Assembly (NCBI GenBank): GCA_030265395.1
Contig: JARFYF010000046.1
Span: 18,985,378 to 19,049,377 of the forward strand
Source of the DNA: Rhina ancylostomus
Lineage: Eukaryota
DNA length: 64,000 nucleotides
Reading direction: 5' to 3'
Positions 26,300-38,100 of the stretch are shown here, piece by piece. A program made the translations under genes and the position numbers. The number at the start of each line of letters is the position of its first letter. Within the stretch, counting starts at the first letter, position 1. The notes beneath the pieces were generated by a model that was not told where the DNA came from, made no database searches, and worked only from the letters and a program-made list of their open reading frames with translations.

Positions 26300-28200
26300 T
26301 CAACATACAAGATATTGGGGATGAGGAAAACATTCTCCCAAATTCAGAAAGGACAGTTGAGAAACTGTTTTTCGAGAAAAAAAAATGCCAGGGAGAGAAA
26401 ATGAAAGTTCAATAAATAAATTCTGGCAAAAAAAGACAGGAGAATGGCCGCAACAATAAACTCAATTGCAGCATTTGACTTTCAACCCACGCACGGGAGG
26501 AATATTGCGAGATATTATTGCATTTCTTTGCTTCAAGCATCACTGATGATGAAGATAAACAGAGTATTCTAGTTAGCATGATGGGAGCCCCTACACAAAA
26601 CTTAATGAGAAACTTGCTCTGCCTGCAGAAACACAATAATTAAAAAAAAGTGAAATTTGTTGAAGAATCACTTTAACACAAATTCAATCAACAACGTGCA
26701 AAGGTTTAGGTTTGACTCATGATTATTAAAACCTGACAAAACAAAGACTGAGTATGCAGCTGAATTGAAGACTGCAATTATGGCAACATATGNNNNNNNN
26801 NNNNNNNNNNNNNNNNNNNNNNNNNNNNNNNNNNNNNNNNNNNNNNNNNNNNNNNNNNNNNNNNNNNNNNNNNNNNNNNNNNNNNNNNNNNNCAACATAT
26901 GCTCAAAGATATTAAGGGATGGGTTAGTGTGTGGAAGCGATGACAACCAGAACAACAAGCTTTGATATCATAGTTGAATTTAACCTTCATGTTTTCGCTG
27001 ATAATTGGCCATACAATGAAATGAGCAAGGGAGGATTTGCAAATGACACTGGTAGTTCCATATGATAGCATACACAGAAGTTCAGCAAAACACAGTGTTC
27101 TGAAGCAAATTGAACATCATTTTAGCTAAACAAAGACTGTTGCCACCGTTAAGGGAAATAAATGCCATCTGAATTCTTGTCACATGTGGTTTAGAAGGCC
27201 ACATCACCAGAACCTGTGGGAATAAGCATAATGTAAAGTTAGCAAATAAAATGAAAGTAATTAAAAGTGTTCAAAATTTTCTAAGTTTCCAGCATAAAAG
27301 AAAGCATTAAGTCTGAAATATTGACAAGGAACTTGCAATGTTTAATAATAGAGATTGACTCATGAAAAATAAAACCACAGATTATTGTCAAAAGAGTGAA
27401 TGATAGAGACATGACATTTGAGCATGACACTGGATGCAGTGTTCAGCTGTTGAACCAGACTGAATATGCAGCTGTGGCCAGAAAACAACTGTGCCTGAAG
27501 TCAGGAAGGCACAGCTAAATCTGAAAACCTACATTGGTGAAATCATTAAAGTCGGTGGAATTGCTGAAATGACAGTGAAATAGCAAGGAACATGTAAACA
27601 GGAGTTGTTGCAGGCTCTGGATTATACTTCTTGGGAAGAATTTGGTTGAAAGAAATTCCCCTGGATTGAGCAACATCCACATTAAGATGGGTGAAGCTGG
27701 AACAATGCAGGCGGTGGTAGACTCATGAAGGAAGTTTCAAAGAAGACCTGGGCACATTTGAAGGGCACCAAAGCCAAAGTTCATGTTGATCCAGATGCCA
27801 CACCATGGTTCTCCAAGCACAGGTCAGTACCTTATTCACTGAAACCAAAACTGGAGGCTGAAATTGGCATGCTTCTCACAGAGAAAGTAATTGAACCTAT
27901 GAAGCACTCTGGGAGCACCCATTGTACCAAAGCACAGTGGACCCACCAGGATTTATGGAGATTACAAGCTGATTGTTGAGTCACATCCCTGGAATGGTAT
28001 CCCATTTCTGAAATAGAAAACCTGTGGTTTTATCCAGCGAGCAGTAGATCACCATGTCTGATACAACGTATTTATTGATCAGCCAACACTAGCTTTTTGA
28101 CAACACATACAAGGGCTTACTTGCATATGACCAACTACACGTTGGTGATTAATCTGCACATGTTGTCTTTCAGTGAACCATTCAGGGGTTGCTGCAGGGC
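26300..28200 (+). mobile_element. Degenerate Ty3/Gypsy LTR retrotransposon internal region (gag, protease, RT remnants)
   Basis: PBS-like acaagatattggggatgag at about 26307; gag-like remnants (LMRNL, VQRFRF, EYAAELK, LRDGLVCG); protease-like DTG; pol-like KGTKAKVHVDPDATPWFSKHRSVPYSLKPKLEAEI; many stops and frameshifts. Confidence 0.85.
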
Positions 28201-30629
28201 ATTCCCAGGGCCACTCTATATTTTTCTATCTTGCCAGAAAGCAGGAGTGGACCAAGCACATGGATTTCAGCTTTCTTCAAAGTAGAAGATACCATTGATT
28301 AAATGCATACTGTTTTGTCAGGGTCTCTGTCACCTTGGAGACACACATTGTGAGCACAAGGGATTCCATTCCCGCAATTCCTCATCATTTGTAGGTATAT
28401 ACAGCATCTCATGCAGTTCATTGCCTGATATCGTTGCAACAGTTCATTGTTCTATCTGTATGTGGCACAGCAGAAGCCAGAGAGTTACTCCAGGTCAACA
28501 AGGGCTCTGGAGAGACCACTTGGCTTTTTGACTTTGTTGTATGACTCATGTCCTAAGGGCCAAGTCAGATGATATGCTGAAATAAAAACAGAAAATGCTG
28601 GAGGTCTCTGTGGTTTAGGGAAATGAAGGCATCGCTGAGGAAGTGAATGGAGTTCGTCATTTAATGTGAGAAGTTCAGCCAAGCAAAGCAAGGTGATGGT
28701 GGAGAGGTACTGGCTGGAACAAGGAAGAATGCCACTCTGCTGTGACCTTGAGATGTGGTATTAAGCCAAGGTTTTATCTAGCCTCTCAGGTGACTCAAGT
28801 ACAAATGTGAAAGTGGAATTATCCCTGGTACTTTGGTAATCACCACATTGTTGTTAACTGTCTAAATTGCCTGCTGCAGAATGACAGGTCCTTGAACCAT
28901 ACACCTCATACTGCACATACAGATGGCTGATGTAATATGAGAAACAAATTCCTGAGGCCTGCCACATTAAATTCAGTGCTCAGGAGAGAATTTTCCAGAT
29001 TTCCTATATTTTTGTTGCTTTTTGCCTTCTCTAATCAATTAAATTACCAGGGCAGAGAAACTCATACATTTATGAGATTGCTCCATCTTGTGGACACTGT
29101 AGGCATAATCTTTCCTCATCCTTCCCACTTCCCCAGAGTTTGCATCAAATCCAAAGCGTCAGTCCTGGGAGTAAGAAACCTGAGGTTCCACTTTTAGCTC
29201 AAAGGTCACAATTATAATTTGAAGACAGAGCTGGATATCACATTGTCAGCATCAAATATTCTTTGGGGGTAAAAAGGAAGACCTACACTATATAGTGCTT
29301 CCAAAAATTCAGGTAATCTTATGTTTTAGTCATAGATCAGCACCAAATCTGAAAATTCTGAGTTCAAAATGCAATCCAATAACTTGAGCAGAAAAATGTG
29401 GTTGCAGTGCATTGTAATGCAGATGTCTTCTGTCAGACATGACATTAAGGCATGGCCTCATCTAACCTTTGAATTGGCACTATTTTGGAAGAAAACAGAG
29501 CAGTTAATATTCTTCAGCCAACACATACTGTAAATAGAAACTATTTGGCAATTACCATGTTGCTGACTGTGGTAGCTCGCTGTACACGTGACTCCTCAAC
29601 AAGTGAGGACATATCCAAACTACTTCACTGACTGTAAAGCACTTTGTAATGTCCTGAGATAGTATATTCCACTTCCATTTTACAATCTTTTAAAAAACTC
29701 CAACAGCTCCAGTACTTGTATCTCAAACAAAGTAATAACAATTTGCATTTAAACCATGGCTTTAATTTCAAAAACACACTTCAAACCAGTTCACAGAAAT
29801 GTTACCAGGAAATATTTTAGCAATGAGTCATATAAGATGGGCAAATATCACTTACCTATTTACCATAACAACTAAGTCCATCTGGTCTGTGCCAGATCCC
29901 AAAGGAACAATCCCGTCAGCCCTATTCCCCCTCTCATTTCCCTGTAATTCTGCAATTTATTCTCTCTCATATTCCCACCAATTCCCCTTTAATTCTTCTG
30001 CCATCATTTACCCTTTTTAAGGAATAATTAACGGTGGCTAATTCATTTACCAGCCCATCTTTGGTGAATGAGAAGAAACCATAGCATCTGGCAGAAACAC
30101 ACAGAAACGCACAAACTCCATTCACTGTCAGGACTGAAACTCAGTGCGTGGAGCTCTGGGCAGCTTAAAAAGATGCTGCTCCTTAAAAACCTACCACATT
30201 AACTCGTAGTTGATGGCCAAGCTTCAGATAAAAGTGAATTATCCAGACCCATGACAAGACAACCTGCTGGTTATGTCAATGTCATCTCCTACATCAATAC
30301 CCACAGCTGGTGAAATGATTAATATTAGTCTTTCTTAAAAGAATTAAAGACTTCACCGAGCAGAAGGATGCATAATTGAAACAGAAACCAAAAAAAAAAG
30401 CTTAAACATTTCCTCCTGGGAGAGTACAGGATACACTCCAACCTACAGGGCAGGAAATAAACAGACCGACCTGATTACTTATTCAGCACAAGCATCAAAG
30501 CAGGTTGTAGTATTGTGACTAAAATATGTTGCTGAGATTTCTTCCCAATAGCCAACACCATCTTGCCTATATCCCCTCAAATTAAATACCAGACTTGGCA
30601 TGAGGATAACACAAATAAAAAAATGCACA

Positions 30630-30800
30630 CACACAAAATGCTGGAAGAACTCAGCGGGTCAGGCAGCATCCACAGAGGGAAATGGAGAGTCAACATTTCG
30701 GGTTTCCATTTCCCTCTGTAAATGCTGCCTCACCCGTTGAGTTCCTCCAGCATTTTATGTGTCACTTCAGATTTCCAGTGTCTGCAGTCTTTCTTGTGTC
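30630..30800. repeat. Short palindromic element (Penelope-terminus-like); related copies at about 10400-10550 and 38310-38500
   Basis: aaaatgctggaagaactcagcgggtcaggcagcat...atgctgcctcacccgttgagttcctccagcatttt is an inverted repeat; the arm matches the terminus of the Penelope fragment near 4020. Confidence 0.75.
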
Positions 30801-33800
30801 TAAAAAATTGCATATTTTTCATCTAATTACTTTAGAACTCCTTTATATTAACTCAAATCATTTGGATGGTGGACTTGGTTCTACATACAATTCATCCATA
30901 ACATTTGAGACTGCTGGGAAAAGTGAAAGGAAAGCATCAGTGATAGTTCTACAAATGCAATTGAAAACGATGAGAAATAAGAATGGAATATATCCATATG
31001 TATACAGATTTGTTGGTTTGTCATTATGCTAAAATCAAGCTCTATAGTAACGAGACCATTCAAAGAAAATCTAGTATTAGGACTGGGAATTTTGTTACAG
31101 TATTTTTTTTATTCAATCCCCTTCCATACTGTCAAAGCTGAGACAGATTGTATTTGCAACACAATCTTTATATGGCTCTGGAGGTAGAGGATATAATCAG
31201 CTGTCATAAGCAACAAAATAACCAAATATACACTTTTTTTCATACTTAAATAAATTTTTATGTTAAAAAATACCAAGTACAAAACTTGAAATTACATTGC
31301 TTAAAAATAAGTCAGTTACTTTGCAGAGTACTCAGAAACTCTTAAGTTAAAAAATGTTAAATCTACTGGTAGAATTAATGCAGCGTATAACTATGAAAAT
31401 AAGTACTTTGATCTCCTTAATAAAACTATAAATGTATTGTAGTTTGACATGTGAAAAAAGATACAAAAATGACACACATGTAGAAATTAGTTAAATACAG
31501 AACCATAAATATTACTTTGTTGTCCCATGTAATAGAATGCCTTCATAACAAATGTACGCATTCTTGCTAAAATCTCTTTTCCAACATCCTTCAATTGGGA
31601 AGGAAAGGCTGGTGAGAGTTAACTTTAACCAGTGTTGGAAACATTAACCCAAGAAGAGGAACAATTGCTTTGTATGGGATAGTGTGGCAAACGTCCTTGC
31701 AGTTTAATTCCCTCTCACATAGTGATTACTCCATCATCTCTCACATGTTAACATTTGATCAGAAAATCAGTGGCACTCATCTATACAATGGAGGCAGTGT
31801 CCTCATCCTAGTTGAGGCTGTAAACTCAAATTGAATACTCCATTACCAGAAATACTGCTTTGCTTAAAAATGCAAGCTTACTACATTTGCTAACAACATG
31901 ACTGACTGGATATTTAAATGAAATGATCCATCGCACTATCAAATATAAGAAACCTCAAATTTAAAAAAGTTGAGAAAGACAGATTTATATTAATCATTAA
32001 TAATATTAAATAGGTAAATGCATTAGACACAATGAGGGAGTACATCGTTATGCAATAAAAGGAACCACCAAATAAAAAAGTATTTACAATTTTATACAAT
32101 GAACTTTAAAAAGATTAAAACAGTTCAATATTTACAGGTCAATATTTACTAGCTCATTAATCTCAATGAAAAAATTAATGCAGAAAGGGCATCTTAATAT
32201 CGTATGTAAGTCAGTGTAGTACTGATCTACCCGGATAATGAATCCTTTCAAGCCCTGCAAGTGCTGATCTCTGCCACGACAATAATTGCCTTCTATGCTA
32301 GAATAGCATCACACCTGATCACTACTTAGTACTCATAATAAAATGCGAATTGAAAGTGATCAGAGAATCTAGATTGTCTTTGAGTGCTGCCTTTCCCTCC
32401 ACTTCCCTAATGGCTTAGTTAACTTCTCATGGGTGGTTGGCTACTTGGACAGGGCATCAGAGGACTTATTGTGTCTGTTTCCCTTGGCTGGAAAGACAAC
32501 AACTAGGAGTTACCATCTCCGGACAAGGGCTGCCTGTTTAAATCTGACAAATCTCTTTACAAAGGATTCTGATTTTTTTGTAATTCACAACCAGATAATC
32601 ACGGTTCTTAATAGTTGACTATATTCAAGGCTGAGATCAATAAACTTTTGGAATGCAAGGGAAGCAAGGAATATGCAGGACTGGAGTTTAGATGAAAGGT
32701 TGCCCAAGTTCTAATTGAATTTCAGAACAAACTCGAGGGTCAAATGGTCAGCTTGGGCTCTGATATCTTGTATAAAAGCAAACATACCTCAATACAGATG
32801 ACAATTTTCTTAAGTATAAAAGGTGGATGGAAATGTAATAATTCCAGAGAGTAAATGTTACTTGTGTCTAATGATAAACTTTCAATAAACACTTGACAGA
32901 TCAATTGTACTTAAGGTATTCTGCATAATGAATTGATACTTAAATTTGCTGCCTTCCTGAATTAGATTACTTGCTTGAAGTTCTTTCACTATGTATCAGA
33001 AATAGATTCAGAAACAGAAATGAAAACTGGGGAATTAGAACAGGGCTTTTCTAAACAAAAGGCTACCAGAAAGTAATGCTCAAGGAACAATTCTAGAGAA
33101 TTCTTATTCTACCCAGGCAGAACTATAGCATTCAAATGAAAAGAGACCTAGTAGATCAGGAATAATTGGCCTCTTTCACATGGATCATCCACTGCAGGAA
33201 TACTCACTTGCAGGGAAATTCACAGCAAATGTAAAAGAATTGGACAAGTCCTCTACATGCTGATGGCTCACTGGAATTTTAATTTTCACCTGTTACTATC
33301 GCATGACTGAAACTGAATGTCTTGAAAGGGAATGCCTACACAACTAGCTGGTTTATTTATGCTGTGGTGAAGGAAAACTCTCCAATACATTTCCACTCCT
33401 GTTGAAGACTCTAAACAGTGTGGTCTGCTGGAGCTGTTATACCAGAGTCCCTGAACATCATGATTTAATCAAACTGATGTACCTTGTTCTTTATACTTAA
33501 GTCATTTAAAAAAAATTGCAGGAATTGGGAGGTTTTAAATCTATACATTTGGAATCTGGTCTCTTTTGTTCTGGTCTGGGGACATTTGTCACAGTTGGCT
33601 TTAAGGACTTAGCTATCATTGTCTTAGTATCAAGCCATAAATTGTAGAAATAATTACTAATCTTACATTTTTTCCTCAATTTGTGAAAAAATATTATCCA
33701 TCCATCTGAAAAGAAAAGCTTCAATGGTAATAATTTCATACTTTAGCACAGCTGTCTCTTCGTTTTGAATGTCTTTTCAGAAACCCAAATCTTATTATCC

Positions 33801-35111
33801 AATATTTGTCAAAACAGATTATATAAACAATAAGTTATTTTTCTCGTAATTTATATACAATAACCTCACAATTTGTAGAAATTGAGATTTTACTCAAAGT
33901 GCCGCACTGAACACAGCTACTTTCAGTAGAAATGCTATAGTTAACCTGACCAGATATAAACATGAAAATGTGATATACACATGAAAATGAAGTGTCTAAC
34001 TAGAAATACTATCTCAGTTATTGCTGTGCATGAACAACAATTGCTTCCATTTATTTATTTTCAATTTTCATATCTGCATCCTAAAACAAATCAGTATCTG
34101 GTCCATTGGTAAACATTGTGTAATTGTGATTCAGCTTGAAAGTTCAATATTCTTTCCTTTGCAGCCAAGAACCTTGTTTTAGCATTTACTCCGCTTTGGA
34201 ATTTCCAGTCATTTTACCTCATCAAGCAGGAGTAATATTCACTGAATGAAATTTTCTTATATTAGAGTGAACCACCATCCTGCAAAAATAAAATTGCATA
34301 ATAAGAATTTAATCAGGAAAGATTTAAATATAGATTTTACAAAGCTGAAATTTACAACATGTTGAATGATGCAACTGGACCTAAATTATAAACAAGTTTT
34401 AACTGAACCTTGCCATTTTTTCCCATTAGATGATTCAAATGTGATGACACTGACATCTCATCTATGTTTTTGTGTCATTAAATGTGACAGAATAATATTG
34501 GACTTGTTTGTTCTGGGTCTGGCTCAGTGGCTGGACTCTCCATTCACTGCCTTCACCTGTCAGCACTTACATGGGCCAGATGGAGAGGGTAGAGCGAGCT
34601 ATCTCCCAAACTCAAGCTGTGTTCCAGGATGGCTGGGCTCTGCTGCTGGAGTGCATAATGGATCAGAATATGGATCACTCCATCCCAGACTTATGGCAGG
34701 TCCACACATGTCTAGGAGTTATTAACCTAGGGGTGAAAGCCAACAATTCCCTTCACAGCCCCCAGTCTCTACCAGCTCAACTCAGCCCACTAAAAGCAGA
34801 ATATGCATCTCAAATGGTAGGCGAGAAAAGGACAGATTCCTCAACTAGGCAGGTGAGTATTAGGCTGCAAGTGCGGGGAAGATTTAATTTCACCCCAAGA
34901 TCTCGGCTGGGGAAAGATGGCTGAATACAAAATGAAAAAGGATCAGCTGAAGAATGTGTACATCCTGCCACAATCACAAATTAGCAACAGCTGGTGATCA
35001 TGCTGGGGTGGCGATGTTTTCTCTCAAGAAAAAAGAAGCTGCAAAGGAAATGTTCATACTTATTGAGCAATTTATCTTACAAAAGAAGGATCTGCAGCAA
35101 ATAAGTCAGTC

Positions 35112-35147
35112 TTACTGTGGATTTCTTTGCTTTCCATTTTGGGAAAT
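35112..35147 (-). CDS. CCDC62: Putative terminal coding exon of CCDC62 (ISQNGKQRNPQ*)
   Basis: Very strong polypyrimidine tract ttccttttcctttccttctttctgtgtcag, phase 0, stop after 11 codons; no homology support. Confidence 0.5.
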   Translation of the reverse strand: MSQNGKQRNPQ

Positions 35148-38100
35148 CTGACACAGAAAGAAGGAAAGGAAAAGGAATAGGAAGGTTCCTTTAAAATAAG
35201 ATTAATGCAAGTATAAACCACAAACAAAAGTAAAATTACTGATTTCAGATACAATTATCTGCACAACTCTGCTTTAGCTAGATTATAGATTATGCTTTAC
35301 AATGCAGTTTTATCACTCCTGCACATCATGATATGGCTGAAACTTTAGAATCACGATTTTGCAAACCACAGAAACCAAAAGAAGGCACTAGTTTTAGACA
35401 CTGAGAAAAAGAATTTCAAAAGAAAAACCAGAAGGATTTATACTTGATAAATGATTTCAAAGAAGGCACACTAAAAGCAGCTTATGAAGATTTGCACAAC
35501 AAATTTTGTCTACAACAAAGACAATACAATGTAAAAAAACAGATGTATTTAGAGAAAAAATATTTTTGTTATTTATTTTTTGCAGTTTTTCCAGAGCCAC
35601 ACTATTAGGATGCAGATCTTTTCCTCCATTCCCCTCAAGTCCTGCCATCAAATACTTATCTTACTTCTCTGTCAAAGAAAAAAAGGTCCTGTTCACCCTG
35701 TCTAAGCTTCTCATAATTCTGTACTTGCCAAATGTCCTCCCTTCTGGTTTCCTTTGTTCCAAAAAACACCAACCCTAACCTGGTCAGTCTTCCCACATGA
35801 TAATTCTCTAGTCCTGGATACATCCCTTGTAAATTTCCTCCATGTCCTTTCTATCATATCTTTTCTGTAATGTGATGAACAAAAATGTACCAAAGGCTCA
35901 AACATTTTATACGGTCCTAACATCACCTCCCTACTCTGCCTTTTTCCAATAAGACATTCTGATGTCTTCCATCCATCCTAATGCCTTCAGCAACTAAATG
36001 AACACACACTCCAATATCTTTCTATTTCTCCATACTATTTAGTACTCTACCATATATCGTGTACTCTTTTACTCCAAAAGCATTACTTCACACATTTCTG
36101 GATTATCCTGTAAATAGATTCTGCAAATACAATCAGCCTCAATTTATACAGTAAATTATTTCAATATTGAATTACTTTATGTTTCTATCTCCAGAGCAGA
36201 GGTTTGTTTAGATGGTGAATGGTTGGCACTGTGCAATTTTCAGGAACAAAAAGTTGTTAGTGATAATGGGACCTGTGCCTGGTTCACTAATGGCCTCTAA
36301 AGAGTAAGAGCAGAGGTGAACTTTAAATAACAATTGATAAGGCAATTACATTTTTAAGGCCAAATCATTTGGACAAGGTTATCTTGAACTCCAATTTTCA
36401 TTATTTTTTCAGTAAATCAAGAAAATGATCTAATTTTTAACATTTATTTCCTCCTAAGTAACCCCATGTGCAAGTGATTTACACCCTCTTTCTTTCAGGA
36501 CCTAGTTTCATAAAAAGTTATTTCCATATTGCAGACCACATGAAACCCATGGACTGAGAAATTTGAGATCAAAATATGTTAGCATACTAGACGATGGGAT
36601 AACAAGCTTTCCAAGGGGTCTGAGGATTGAATAGTTGCCCTGAAATCGTGGCAGTAAATTCAAACGTTCACCAGCAAGCAGCTTTCCTGGTTTGACTTGG
36701 GATAGGAAATTACTTTGAAAATTGCAATTTTTTTCTGGAACAAGTTACCAGGGAAATTAAAAGTGGCAATGAGAACTCCACAACCAAATATAATGCAATT
36801 CATTGCCAAGCATGCAAGTGGTGACATATGATCTCACAATTAAACAGCAGCAATAATGGCTTCACCAATGTGTGTTCCCAGATCCAAGGAAATGAACACA
36901 ACACTTTAATTTCAAGATAGACACAAAACAATGAATTTTTCAGCATACATTAACTTATATGCTTCAGAAAGACAGAAGAAATTAAATAGTGGGAATTGCA
37001 TTAGTTACTCTCAAAACTGATTAGCTAAGTACGTGATGGATTTTTCCTCCTCACGGTGTAGTGCAGCTTAAACAAGCTAGTCTTCTCTACCTTCACTTCA
37101 TCCTTTATCTTCAAAAAACAGAAATAATTTTGTGAAACTTCACTCACCCTTACATTGCTGTTGTTGTTGGCACAGGATGACAACCCAAGAGGAAGCTGAG
37201 TACTGCGCTCCAGACTAGCAACCATCTGTCGAGATTCAGCTAGCAGGCGTTGCAGTTTAGTAGTTGGTGAACAGTCATCCCGGTAAGCCTTGTTAATAAT
37301 GATTAACAGAACAAAAATTAGTAGCTTTTGTTGACAATAGACATCTTACATAATTAATATAAGTCAATTTGTAGTAAACTGTGCTATACATTATTACAAA
37401 AATCAGTGCAAAAATATGCAAGAATATATACATCTTATTACCTTCACAAGTTTCTGAAATTCAAGGACATCAATACAAAAAGCGACTTTTGAGATGATGA
37501 ATGGAAGTACTGTGTAAACAACAACGCTGAACATTTGCCCCTCCCTTCCCATTTTACATGCAGTGAAAGTTTTGATATCCAGTAACAATCTCTCATTGGT
37601 CACTGGGTAATAGGAAGATGGTGTTTATGAAGGTTAGGTTTCCATATGGTAAGAGAGTTTTTTCAAACATATTATCATAAGGTAGAAATTAATTATATAT
37701 TCTGGCTGTTAGTTTACACATAAAGCGTTACCTCACCTGTTTACTACAAAATGGAGTCAGACCTGATTTGCCAAACATTTCAGATTTGTAACAGATGAAT
37801 TTTTATTTTTATTAATTTATCTTTGTTTTATTTCAAAATATACTGCTGTTCAAACATTCTTCACACTGTCTTTTAAGACTGCCATTGTGCACTGTACTTG
37901 AAAATTCCCTCTTGGTTGCTCTTTAAATGTAGATATCAGTCAGCGAAAGTTCCTATTGACCATAATGGTTTCATTCTCTAGTTATAGATCTTCAATAGAC
38001 TTTAACAACTTACATTATTAGAAGATGCCATTGCATTGTCCTCAGTGGAGCTCAATCTTGCTGGTGAAACAGAGTCATTCCCACAAAGCTCACCATGGAG

